Of a stretch of 64,000 nt of DNA, positions 8,600-17,292 are shown one piece after another. Source of the stretch: Phycisphaerales bacterium. GTDB lineage: Bacteria; Planctomycetota; Phycisphaerae; Phycisphaerales; JAGLTS01. The notes under the pieces are model-generated. The model had not been told where the DNA came from, did no database searches, and worked only from the letters and a program-made list of their open reading frames with translations. Each line of letters starts with the position of its first letter. Position 1 is the first letter of the stretch. Location of the stretch: positions 2,745-66,744 of the forward strand of contig JAGLTS010000005.1 of the NCBI GenBank assembly GCA_023135165.1. The letters run 5' to 3'. The position numbers and the translations under genes are program-made.

Positions 8600-9328
8600 T
8601 CACATCGGGCGCTCATCCCGGTCGGTGAGCCAGCGGCGCATGTCAAGGTCGGCAGGGTCCACGTGGATCGATGCATCGCGCAGCAGCGATGCAAGCTCCG
8701 GGTCGATGCGGATCTGCTCACCCGGCGGGAGGATGGGCTTGCTCGCAGGGGCGGGCGTGACAGGCGTGTCAGCGGGAACGTGCAGCGTCTCACCAAGACG
8801 GTCTGCAGGCGAGAGGCTGCGGCGACCGGCGCCTCCCGACTCGGCATCGCGCGGCGTGCCTTGGCCGAACTGCTCCATCCACCAGGCCACGCTGAACCGA
8901 TCGAGTGGGATATCGTGGACGAAGGGCGGATCTCGCTTCGGACGGTGCTTCTTGGCCCTTGCGTCAGCGGTGAGGCGGCGGAGGAAGACATCGCTCGGCA
9001 TCGACTTCGCCCGGCGTTTGCGAGCAGCCCTGCGAATCCGTCGATCCGAACTGACGATGAGCAGGCGTTTCGGTGCGGTGGACTCGGCGATGAGCGATTC
9101 GAGCACGCTATCAGCGTCCCGGCCCGCCCCGGCGTAGACGATGTCCACGCCGCTGATGCGCTCGCGACCCGTGGCGGTGATGCCATCACAGACGAGTGTC
9201 ACGCCGTCACGTGCGAATCGGCCGGCCCCGATCAGCCTGGCCAGCTCGGCCACATCCAGGTCCGCCAGCTCCGCAGCGGTGCCGACGGCGGCGTGGAGTA
9301 CGTTGTATGTATCAACCAGGACAGGCAT
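8600..9328 (-). CDS. NYN/YacP-like (PIN-fold) putative ribonuclease
   Basis: 242 aa. N-terminal MPVLVDTYNVLH ... LVCDG ... IVYAGAGRDADSVLESLI ... LLIVSSDRRIRRAARKRRA matches the YacP-like NYN domain pattern. Confidence 0.65.
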   Translation of the reverse strand: MPVLVDTYNVLHAAVGTAAELADLDVAELARLIGAGRFARDGVTLVCDGITATGRERISGVDIVYAGAGRDADSVLESLIAESTAPKRLLIVSSDRRIRRAARKRRAKSMPSDVFLRRLTADARAKKHRPKRDPPFVHDIPLDRFSVAWWMEQFGQGTPRDAESGGAGRRSLSPADRLGETLHVPADTPVTPAPASKPILPPGEQIRIDPELASLLRDASIHVDPADLDMRRWLTDRDERPM

Positions 9329-9461
9329 CGGCGGCTCTTGAATCGGTCCCTTTCGGTCGGGAGAATCCCGGCATGGGCGAAGCGATTCGCTTTTCGCTAT
9401 GATCCCTGCTCAAAACTCAGGCCCACTGTACACGATCAAGGACCAAACAGAAGAGGTACCA

Positions 9462-9674
9462 ATGTCGATCAGGATCAAGTCGCGCGGCGGTGAGTCCATC
9501 GAGCAGATGATGCGGCGCTTCAAGAAGCTGTGCGAGAAGGAAGGTCTCATCAAGGACATCAAGAAGCGCCAGTATTACGAAAAGCCGTCCGAGCGTGCCC
9601 GCCGCGCCGCGCGCAAGAACGCCAAACGCGTCGCCGCTGAACGGACCGGCAGACCTCGGCGCGTCAAGCACTGA
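9462..9674 (+). CDS. rpsU: 30S ribosomal protein S21
   Basis: 70 aa from the internal ATG. MSIRIKSRGGESIEQMMRRFKKLCEKEGLIKDIKKRQYYEKPSERARR is a typical S21. The track start at 9399 is an N-terminal over-extension. Confidence 0.9.
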   Translation: MSIRIKSRGGESIEQMMRRFKKLCEKEGLIKDIKKRQYYEKPSERARRAARKNAKRVAAERTGRPRRVKH

Positions 9675-9706
9675 CCGCTGCCGCTGCGCCGATACCCCGA
9701 CGGGTT

Positions 9707-9738
9707 GTCTCGCGGAATGCTCCGACTCGCCGCGAGAT
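9707..9738 (+). terminator. hairpin downstream of rpsU
   Basis: TCTCGCGG (9708-9715) pairs with CCGCGAGA (9730-9737) around a 14-nt loop. No clear U-tract. Confidence 0.3.
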
Positions 9739-9832
9739 ACCGCACCACAACCGACCTCGCGCCGTGCAATTCGGCGATGCCCCACCACCGGTGACATGAT
9801 CGGCTGCTAGATGCCCGACATGCCGGTTTCCG

Positions 9833-9850
9833 ACACACACACACACACAC
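9833..9850. repeat. (AC)9 dinucleotide microsatellite
   Basis: acacacacacacacacac, ending 7 nt before the first candidate start (GTG 9857) of the pyrophosphatase gene. Confidence 0.9.
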
Positions 9851-9856
9851 CACCCC

Positions 9857-12604
9857 GTGAGCATGAGGATTTCTGCCATGATCAGCGACCTCGCCTCTCA
9901 TCCATGTCTCGTTGCCGCCCAGGCTTTGCACCCGGCGTACTACATCGCGCCGATCGGCGCCGTCCTCGCCCTCATCATGGCTGTCTTCTTCTCCAAGAAG
10001 GTGATGCAGGAATCCGAGGGTGACAAGAACATGATCGAGATCGCCGACGCCGTCCGTCAGGGCGCGATGGCGTATCTCACAAGGCAGTACAAGGTCGTGT
10101 TCTTCGTCTTCATCGCGCTCGTCATCGTGCTCGGCATCATCAGCGTGGGGCTGGGATTGCAGCCGAAGATGTCGATGGTCGGCGTACCGATCGCCGGCTT
10201 GTTCTCAGGCCTGTGCGGCTGGTTCGGGATGAAGATGGCGACGAACGCCTCGGCGCGGACGACACACGCGGCGAAGCAGTCGCTCAACGCGGGTCTGGTC
10301 GTTGCGTTTCGTAGCGGCGCGGTGATGGGGCTGGTCGTCGTGGGATTCGCACTGCTCGACGTCAGCGCGTGGTTCTTCATCTTCAACATGTTCACCGAGT
10401 TCTCGCTGCCCATCCTCACGACGATCATGCTCAGCTACGGCATGGGCGCATCGACGCAGGCGCTCTTCGCCCGTGTCGGCGGCGGAATCTACACCAAGGC
10501 TGCGGATGTCGGAGCGGATCTCGTCGGCAAGGTCGAGGCGGGCATCCCCGAAGACGACCCGCGCAACCCGGCGACGATCGCGGACAACGTCGGCGACAAC
10601 GTCGGCGACGTGGCGGGCATGGGGGCGGACCTCTACGAATCGTACTACGGCTCCATCCTCGCCACGATGGCGCTCGGCGCTGCGGCGGCGACAGGCGTCG
10701 TTCGTATGGCCGGCGACACCTCGGAGACGGTGTTCACGATGGGCATGAAGCTCGTCGTCGGACCGCTCGCACTCGCGGGCATCGGCATCCTGCTCTCGCT
10801 TGTCGGCATCTTCTCCGTCAAGGCGAAGGAAGACGCGGGCTTTGCTGAACTGCTCAAGGGACTGCACAAGGGCGTCTACATCGCATCCGGACTGATCGTG
10901 CTTGTCGGGCTTGGACTCCTGTGGTGGATCTTCCACGGAACACCGGTCAACCCGTTCGGCATCTGGGGCTCGATCGTGGCAGGCCTCTCGGCTGGGCTTG
11001 TCATCGCACACGCGACCGAGTATTACACGTCGTATGAGTTCGCCCCCACCAAGCGCATCTCCGAGGCGGCGATCACCGGGCCTGCGACGGTCATCATCGG
11101 TGGCATCGCGGAAGGCATGAAGTCCACGTGGGCCAGCCTTCTCACCATCATCGTCGCCATCATCGCCGCCTTCAGTTTCGCGGGCGGAGGCGACAATTTC
11201 CTCATGGGACTCTACGGCGTGGGCATCGCTGCGGTCGGCATGCTCTCAACGCTCGGCATCACGCTCGCCACCGACGCCTACGGCCCGATCGCTGACAACG
11301 CGGGCGGCAACGCCGAGATGACCGGCCAGCCGCCAGAGGTTCGCCAACGCACCGACATGCTCGATGCGCTCGGCAACACCACCGCCGCGACGGGCAAGGG
11401 GTTCGCCATCGGGTCCGCAGCGCTGACGGCGCTCGCGCTCTTCGCCGCGTATGTACAGATCGTGCAGGTTCAACTCGTCAGCCAGGCGGAGCAGTACATC
11501 GAGAAGAACCCCGTCCATGTCAATGAAGCCACAGCCTTCTACACCGGGTACGGCAAGTTCGCCATCGTGCTTCCCGGCGATGAGGATGGGACGTACGTCG
11601 ACGCGGGCATGTGGATGAACGCGGACAAGGTGCCCGCCGCGGCGAGGGAGGGCATCGAGAAGGGCGACGAGATCACGATTCACCCGACCGAGGACGCAGC
11701 CGGCGAAGAGAGGCAAATCGACGCATGGTCCGCCGTCGTCCCCTACGGTGACGGCAAGACCGCCACGCTGCACATCTCCGCCAGCCGGAATGCATCGCTT
11801 CGTGATGTGCTCACGTTCTACAACGTCACCTTGATGAACCCGCTCGTACTCGGCGGGATGTTCTCCGGCGTGTTACTCGCGTTCCTCTTCTGTGCACTCA
11901 CCATGGATGCCGTCGGCCGAGCTGCCAACAAGATGATGGTCGAGGCACGGCGACAGTTCGGCAAGATGCGTGAGGGCTTCCGCAAGCAGGGTCTCAGCGA
12001 AGAGGACATCGCCAATCCGCAGAAGTGGCCTCACAGCGTCGAGCTTGACGGCCACAAGTACCCCGACTACGCCAACTGCGTCGCCATCTCCACCACCGCC
12101 GCACAGAAGGAGATGATCATCCCGGCCTGCCTGGCGATCATCGTGCCCATCGCGGTCGGCTTGGTGCTCGGCGTGCCCGGTGTGATGGGCCTGCTCGCGG
12201 GTGGGCTGACCTCCGGGTTCGCCCTCGCAATCTACATGGCCAATGCGGGCGGGGCGTGGGACAACGCCAAGAAGCTCATCGAGTCGCTCGGCACAACCAC
12301 CGCGCAGGATCTTGTGGACAGCACCGGTAACTTCAAGACCGTCCCGGAAGGGATCAAGACCGACCTGCTGCTCCGTGCTGAGGAGCTCATTGCCGACGGA
12401 CAAGGTGACACGATCATCTACGGCAAGGGCAGCGACAACCACAAGGCCACCGTCGTCGGCGACACCGTCGGCGATCCGTTCAAGGACACATCCGGCCCAT
12501 CGCTGAACATCCTCATCAAGCTCATCTCGATCGTGTCGGTCGTCTTCGCCGGTCTGATCGTCAAGTTCGGCGCCATCATCAGCGACCTCATCGGCCTGAG
12601 CTGA
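9857..12604 (+). CDS. hppA: membrane-bound ion-translocating pyrophosphatase (M-PPase), unusually long
   Basis: Motifs GGIYTKAADVGADLVGKVEAGIPEDDPRNPATIADNVGDNVGDVAGMGADLYESY, DALGNTTAATGKGFAIGSAALTAL and GDTVGDPFKDTSGPSLNILIKL. The Ala in GNTTAA fits the K+-dependent subfamily rule as I recall it. Start uncertain: GTG 9857, ATG 9863 or ATG 9878. Confidence 0.92.
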   Translation: MSMRISAMISDLASHPCLVAAQALHPAYYIAPIGAVLALIMAVFFSKKVMQESEGDKNMIEIADAVRQGAMAYLTRQYKVVFFVFIALVIVLGIISVGLGLQPKMSMVGVPIAGLFSGLCGWFGMKMATNASARTTHAAKQSLNAGLVVAFRSGAVMGLVVVGFALLDVSAWFFIFNMFTEFSLPILTTIMLSYGMGASTQALFARVGGGIYTKAADVGADLVGKVEAGIPEDDPRNPATIADNVGDNVGDVAGMGADLYESYYGSILATMALGAAAATGVVRMAGDTSETVFTMGMKLVVGPLALAGIGILLSLVGIFSVKAKEDAGFAELLKGLHKGVYIASGLIVLVGLGLLWWIFHGTPVNPFGIWGSIVAGLSAGLVIAHATEYYTSYEFAPTKRISEAAITGPATVIIGGIAEGMKSTWASLLTIIVAIIAAFSFAGGGDNFLMGLYGVGIAAVGMLSTLGITLATDAYGPIADNAGGNAEMTGQPPEVRQRTDMLDALGNTTAATGKGFAIGSAALTALALFAAYVQIVQVQLVSQAEQYIEKNPVHVNEATAFYTGYGKFAIVLPGDEDGTYVDAGMWMNADKVPAAAREGIEKGDEITIHPTEDAAGEERQIDAWSAVVPYGDGKTATLHISASRNASLRDVLTFYNVTLMNPLVLGGMFSGVLLAFLFCALTMDAVGRAANKMMVEARRQFGKMREGFRKQGLSEEDIANPQKWPHSVELDGHKYPDYANCVAISTTAAQKEMIIPACLAIIVPIAVGLVLGVPGVMGLLAGGLTSGFALAIYMANAGGAWDNAKKLIESLGTTTAQDLVDSTGNFKTVPEGIKTDLLLRAEELIADGQGDTIIYGKGSDNHKATVVGDTVGDPFKDTSGPSLNILIKLISIVSVVFAGLIVKFGAIISDLIGLS

Positions 12605-12632
12605 GCAGCCTGTATCTCAAGTCACTCACAAG

Positions 12633-12664
12633 AACCCAGGGAGAATCTTCCCTGGGTTTTTCTT
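12633..12664 (+). terminator. intrinsic terminator of hppA
   Basis: 9-bp stem ACCCAGGGA / TCCCTGGGT, 6-nt loop, followed by TTTTTCTT. Confidence 0.85.
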
Positions 12665-12677
12665 CGTCACCACAGTC

Positions 12678-12952
12678 GTGATGAGATTGCCCATCCGCAC
12701 GCCCACCACACACGAGAGCGCGCCATCTCATCACAGTCAGCACACTTGCCCGGAGAACCTCGCCTTGCCAGGCGAGGCTGTGACGTGCGCGCAGCGGAGG
12801 AAATCCTAACCGAGTTCGTCACACATGAGATTGCATCATCCCATCACAGCCCCGCGTGGCAACGCGGGGTTCGCTTCCTGTGAGCGCACTTGCCCGAAGA
12901 ACCCCGCCTCGCCAAGCGCGGTTGTGATGTGCGCGCAGCGGATCAAACCGAG
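12678..12952. repeat. intergenic repeat region with two ~70-nt direct repeats and embedded hairpins
   Basis: Core 1 (12739-12813) is agcacacttgcccggagaacctcgccttgccaggcgaggctgtgacgtgcgcgcagcggag. Core 2 (12884-12952) is agcgcacttgcccgaagaaccccgcctcgccaagcgcggttgtgatgtgcgcgcagcggat. Hairpins: CCTCGCC-N6-GGCGAGG (12758-12777), CCCCGCG-N6-CGCGGGG (12850-12869), and a 10-bp inverted repeat GTGATGAGAT/ATCTCATCAC (12678-12687 / 12725-12734). Confidence 0.7.
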
Positions 12953-12988
12953 ACGACGCGGTGACCTGTTCGGATTCCATTGTGCTGT

Positions 12989-13570
12989 TCACGTACCGCT
13001 GAAGAGGCCGGCGAAGCCCATGAAGGCGAGCGACAGGATGCCGGCGATGATCATGTTCAATGCGGTGCCCTTCACCATTGCGGGCACGTTCGACAGCTCG
13101 ACTTCCTCGCGTAGACCCGCCATGAGGACGAGCGCGAGCGTGAACCCGCCGCCCGCACCAACCGCGAAGACCAGCCCCTCGATCACCGAGTAGTCCGCCT
13201 TGGTCTGCGAAATCGCCAGGTACAGGATCGCGCAGTTGGTCGTGATGAGCGGCAGGAAGATGCCCAGCGCGCGGAAGAGCGCCGGGCTGAGCTTTTTGAT
13301 GACCATCTCGACGAACTGCACGGTGCTGGCGATGACGACGATGAAGCTGATGAGGCGCAGGTACGGCGCATATGGCAGGATGAAAGCGTTGAGGAACGAG
13401 ACGCACAACGACGTAATGACCATGACGAAGATCGTCGCCAGGCCGAGGCGGAATGCGGTCTTGAGCCTGCCGGACACGCCGAAGAACGGGCACAGGCCGA
13501 GGAAATAGTACAGCGTGAAGTTGTTGACGAGCATCGCGCTGATGAAGATCCAGACGAGGTTGCTGTTCAT
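12989..13570 (-). CDS. rnfA: Rnf electron transport complex subunit A
   Basis: 193 aa. LVNNFTLYYFLGLCPFFGVS, LGIFLPLITTNCAIL and LSLAFMGFAGL closely follow the RnfA/RsxA pattern. 4-nt overlap with rnfE. Confidence 0.9.
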   Translation of the reverse strand: MNSNLVWIFISAMLVNNFTLYYFLGLCPFFGVSGRLKTAFRLGLATIFVMVITSLCVSFLNAFILPYAPYLRLISFIVVIASTVQFVEMVIKKLSPALFRALGIFLPLITTNCAILYLAISQTKADYSVIEGLVFAVGAGGGFTLALVLMAGLREEVELSNVPAMVKGTALNMIIAGILSLAFMGFAGLFSGT

Positions 13571-14217
13571 GATGCAGCCTCCTCTGAAACGCGGGTTCGC
13601 CTTCTGATCTTTCGTTCACGGAGGAAGCCGAAGAAGAGCAGGATCACGCCGAGCATGATGAACCCACCGGGCGGAAGCACCATGATGACCCACGGCTCGA
13701 AGTGTTCGCCGAAGAGCAAGTGCCCAAAGAGCGAACCCGAGCCGAGGATCTCGCGCGTCGCGCCAAGGCACAGCAGCGCAAACGCAAAGCCCGCCGCCAT
13801 ACCGATCGCATCGGCGACGGCGAGGCGCACGCTGTTCCTGCTCGCAAATGCTTCCTGCCGGCCGAGTATCAGACAGTTCACGACGATCAGCGCGATGAAC
13901 GCACCGAGTTCCTTATGCACGCTCGGCACGGCCGCCTTGAGCGTGAAGTCCGCGACGGTCACGAACGTGGCGATGATGATGATGTACGTGCTGATGCGAA
14001 CCTGCTTGGGAATAAACGACCTTAGCAGCGACACGAGAAAGCTGGACCCGATGAGCACGAACGCCGTCGCCGCGCCCATCGCCACAGCGTTGATCGCGCT
14101 GTTCGTCACGGCAAGCATCGGACACATGCCGAGCACCTGGACGAAGACAGGATTCTCCTTCCAAATGCCCTTGGCGAACTCGCGGTAGAGCCGACCCGGA
14201 TCGGGAGGTGTGTTCAT
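13567..14217 (-). CDS. rnfE: Rnf complex subunit E
   Basis: 216 aa. NPVFVQVLGMCPMLAVTNSAINAVAMG is typical of RnfE/RsxE. 4-nt overlaps on both sides. Confidence 0.9.
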   Translation of the reverse strand: MNTPPDPGRLYREFAKGIWKENPVFVQVLGMCPMLAVTNSAINAVAMGAATAFVLIGSSFLVSLLRSFIPKQVRISTYIIIIATFVTVADFTLKAAVPSVHKELGAFIALIVVNCLILGRQEAFASRNSVRLAVADAIGMAAGFAFALLCLGATREILGSGSLFGHLLFGEHFEPWVIMVLPPGGFIMLGVILLFFGFLRERKIRRRTRVSEEAAS

Positions 14218-14927
14218 CGCTCACCTCCCTGCTGCTCTTGCTCGGGCGCATCCGGTTCAGCCGGCGGCGCGGGGGGTTCTTCACCCGGGGGGGGGAGATC
14301 AGGTAGCCACGCCCCGGTCACCGTGTTGATGATCTTCACAACCGCCAGCGATGAAATCGTCGCACCGGTGATCGCATCAACCTCGTTGTCCGCATCCCGG
14401 CCGTCCTTAACAACGACGATCGGCGGCTCGACGCTGAGCGCCTCGAAGTTCGCCTGGAATGCTGCGTCCTTATAGATCTTGTCGCCCAGCCCGGGCGTCT
14501 CCCGGCTCTCGAGGATCTCCAGGCCGATGACGCACCGGCGAACCGGGTCGTAGCCGTAGAGCAGGCGAATGATGTCCTGGAAGCCCGATCCCGCACCTTC
14601 GATGGCATAGCCGAGAAAATCGCCCGCATCGTCATACGCGCCGTACACCACGGGGTCGGTGACGGGTTCATCACCAGCGACGGGAACGAGCAGGCCGTCA
14701 CGCAGCGCGAGCTTGCGCATTCGCGTCGAGCCGGGCACGACCTTGAACACGGCGGCTTCGAGCGCCCGTGCGTTGTTGGCGTCGATGATCGGTTTGGTGA
14801 TCTGATACGCGCCGGCAATCGCAAAGCCAGACAGCAGCCCCGCGATGCCGAGCGTCAACACGAGGCGCAGGCTGCTCGGCTGGCTGGGTTGCTGCCCTGC
14901 TGAGATGGTGAGCTGGACCTCGGTCAT
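14214..14927 (-). CDS. rnfG: Rnf complex subunit G (FMN-binding)
   Basis: 237 aa. N-terminal TM helix and the FMN-attachment-type motif VDAITGATISS. Pro/Glu-rich C-terminal tail. Confidence 0.85.
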   Translation of the reverse strand: MTEVQLTISAGQQPSQPSSLRLVLTLGIAGLLSGFAIAGAYQITKPIIDANNARALEAAVFKVVPGSTRMRKLALRDGLLVPVAGDEPVTDPVVYGAYDDAGDFLGYAIEGAGSGFQDIIRLLYGYDPVRRCVIGLEILESRETPGLGDKIYKDAAFQANFEALSVEPPIVVVKDGRDADNEVDAITGATISSLAVVKIINTVTGAWLPDLPPPGEEPPAPPAEPDAPEQEQQGGER

Positions 14928-15961
14928 GCCACAGCCCTCCCCCGGCCGAAGGCGCGCGGCTGCGCGATGCGCTCGATCAGCGGCGTCGCGGCGTTCATCA
15001 GGAGGATCGCGTACATCACGCCTTCAGGCAGCCCGCCCCAGATTCGGATGAGCACGACAAGCAGCCCGATGCCCAGGCCGAAGATCCAAGCACCGCGCGG
15101 CGTGATCGGCGATGTCACCGGGTCGGTCGCCATGTACACCGCGCCGAAGAGCAGCCCGCCCGAGCAGAGCATCAGCCAGGGCGACGGGTACTCCGTGCGA
15201 TCGAAGAGCCAGACGATCGTCGAGAAGACGGCGACGGTGCCGAGGATCGAAACAGGGATGCGCCAGTCGAACGTTCGACGGATGGCGAGAATGACGCCGC
15301 AGATGATGATGACGATCGCGCACGTCTCGCCGAGCGAGCCCGCGGTGTTGCCCAGCAGCAGTTGCTCGACGCCGGTCGGGATGTTCTGGAACTTCATGAG
15401 TCCAAGCGGCGTCGCGGCGCTGATCGCATCGACAGCGTCGGCAGCGGGAGCGGGCGCCTGCATGAAGGGCAGCGCGAAGTTGCTGGGACGGATCGTGAGC
15501 AGCTCGGTAATCGCGCCCTGCTGCGTCCACGTCGTGATGGCGGTGGGAAAGGCCGCCTGGAGGAAGGCCCGACCGACGAGCGCCGGGTTGAAGATGTTTT
15601 GGCCGAGTCCGCCGAAGACGAGTTTGCCAAGCCCGACGCCGACCGCGCCGCCGAGGAACGCCATCCACAACGCGATGCCCGGCGGCAGACACAAGCCCAG
15701 GAGCACGCCGGTGAGAATCGTGCTGCCATCTGTGAGCGATCCGCCGCGCCGCCGATCCGGGCCGAACACCCATTCCGTGAGCGCCGCGCCCGCCGTCGCC
15801 GCGACGATGACGAGGATCGCGCTCAGCCCGAAGAAGTACACCGCGGCGAGCACGACCGGCACAAGCGCGATGAGCACATCCACCATGAGGCGAGGCGTTG
15901 TGATACCGCGGCGAAGAAACGGCGCCGATTGCAGAAGCAGTCGTGGATCGCGCCGCGTCAT
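14924..15961 (-). CDS. rnfD: Rnf complex subunit D
   Basis: 345 aa from ATG at 15961, which forms an ATGA overlap with the rnfC stop (15958-15960). Polytopic membrane protein with the RnfD/NqrB-like pattern. The track start at 16069 is an over-extension. Confidence 0.88.
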   Translation of the reverse strand: MTRRDPRLLLQSAPFLRRGITTPRLMVDVLIALVPVVLAAVYFFGLSAILVIVAATAGAALTEWVFGPDRRRGGSLTDGSTILTGVLLGLCLPPGIALWMAFLGGAVGVGLGKLVFGGLGQNIFNPALVGRAFLQAAFPTAITTWTQQGAITELLTIRPSNFALPFMQAPAPAADAVDAISAATPLGLMKFQNIPTGVEQLLLGNTAGSLGETCAIVIIICGVILAIRRTFDWRIPVSILGTVAVFSTIVWLFDRTEYPSPWLMLCSGGLLFGAVYMATDPVTSPITPRGAWIFGLGIGLLVVLIRIWGGLPEGVMYAILLMNAATPLIERIAQPRAFGRGRAVA

Positions 15962-17292
15962 GATTCTTTGGCCTTTCGCGCTCGCATCATCCCTTTCGCA
16001 GCACGGATCAAATGCACGATCGGCACGCCGGATGGGCATGTGTACGTGCACGCGCCACACTCGACGCAATCCATGATGTGCGCCTTCTCAAGCTCATCGT
16101 ACCGACCCGCACTCGCGAGCCTGGCCAAGCGCGAGGGATTCAGGAAGTTGCCGCATGCTTCAAGGCACTGCCCGCAACGCACGCAGGCGTACTCCGCTGT
16201 GTGGTTGATGACATCCTCGGTGAACGCGAGCAGCCCACTTGTTCCCTTGAGCACGGGCACATCGAGCGATGCGAGCGACGTACCCATCATCGGCCCGCCC
16301 ATCACGACCTGCCGCGCCTGCGTGTTCAGCCCGCACCGGCGAAGCACATCGCGCACCGGCGTGCCGATGGGGACGATCAGGTTGGCCGGCCGATCAACGC
16401 CGGGCCCGGCGACGGTCAGCGCCCGCTCGATGACGGGGATGCCCCGGTCGAAGTAGTCCGCCAGCGCCGCCATCGTGCCGACGTTGTTGACGACGATGTT
16501 CAGGTCCAGAGGCAGTTTGCCTGCGGGCACTTCCTCGCCCCAGACCGCCTTGATGAGCATCTTCTCCGCACCCTGGGGGTACTTCACCTTGAGGGGCACG
16601 ATGTCGATGCTGCCCCGATCACCGACAGCCCGCCGAAGGGCCTCGATCGACTCGGGTTTGTTCAGTTCGACGCCGATTGTGGATGAGTCCGCGCCGAGCG
16701 TTTCAGCGAGGATCTCGACGCCGCGGATGATCGCATCCGGCTGTTCGACCATGAGGCGGTGGTCGCAGGTGAGGTAAGGCTCGCATTCGCAGCCGTTGAC
16801 GAGCAGTCGTTCGCAGCGATTACCCTCGGGCAGCTTGTACTTCACGTGCGCCGGAAACGCCGCCCCGCCCATGCCGACGAGGCCGGCCTGTTGAACATGC
16901 GTGATGAACTCATCGAGCGTGAGGGATCGCCAGTCCACCGGCGACGCGGCCGACATGCGTTGTGTTGAAAACGCATCGGCTTGGATTTCGATGGACTGGG
17001 CCATCTGTCCGTTCGGGTGCCTGCGCATCGCGATGGCGGCGACGGTTCCGTCGACGGGGCTGTGCAGCGCCATGGAGACGAAGCCGCCCGGCTCCGCGAT
17101 CAGTTGTCCTCGCGTAACGGTTTCGCCGACGGCGACGACGGACTTGCACGGCGCGCCGAGATGTTGGCTGAGCGGCAGGATGTATCTGTCCACGAAGCCC
17201 ATGCGCTCAAGCGCGAGATCCTCGGTGCCTTCTTTGTGCTCTCGCGGGTGCACGCCGTGCCGGAATGTTCTGCCGAGCACGCCCGCGGTCAT
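15958..17292 (-). CDS. rnfC: Rnf complex subunit C (NADH-binding, 2x[4Fe-4S])
   Basis: 444 aa. GMGGAAFPAHVKY and CVRCGQCLEACGNFL ... CVECGACTYTCPSGVPI. 4-nt overlap with the upstream giant ORF. Confidence 0.9.
   Translation of the reverse strand: MTAGVLGRTFRHGVHPREHKEGTEDLALERMGFVDRYILPLSQHLGAPCKSVVAVGETVTRGQLIAEPGGFVSMALHSPVDGTVAAIAMRRHPNGQMAQSIEIQADAFSTQRMSAASPVDWRSLTLDEFITHVQQAGLVGMGGAAFPAHVKYKLPEGNRCERLLVNGCECEPYLTCDHRLMVEQPDAIIRGVEILAETLGADSSTIGVELNKPESIEALRRAVGDRGSIDIVPLKVKYPQGAEKMLIKAVWGEEVPAGKLPLDLNIVVNNVGTMAALADYFDRGIPVIERALTVAGPGVDRPANLIVPIGTPVRDVLRRCGLNTQARQVVMGGPMMGTSLASLDVPVLKGTSGLLAFTEDVINHTAEYACVRCGQCLEACGNFLNPSRLARLASAGRYDELEKAHIMDCVECGACTYTCPSGVPIVHLIRAAKGMMRARKAKES

Noticed and set aside
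8143-9189. 348-aa minus-strand ORF and similar long ORFs (e.g. 10205..11011, 14967..16076, 21283..22920, 26753..28351, 31033..32253, 36834..38033, 38664..40238, 42552..44171, 47906..49135, 48991..50112, 59161..60393)
   Set aside because: They overlap, in antisense or an alternative frame, genes with clear family signatures. Their translations are Arg/Ala/Pro/Gly-rich low-complexity sequence typical of shadow ORFs in GC-rich DNA.
12678-12952. CRISPR array
   Set aside because: There are only two imperfect ~70-nt direct repeats, with no regular repeat-spacer periodicity and no cas genes in the window.
12989-17292. Na+-NQR (nqrB-F) instead of Rnf
   Set aside because: The set includes an RnfC-type subunit with two 4Fe-4S motifs and an RnfB polyferredoxin. 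It lacks NqrA/NqrF-type genes. The order C-D-G-E-A is the Rnf order.
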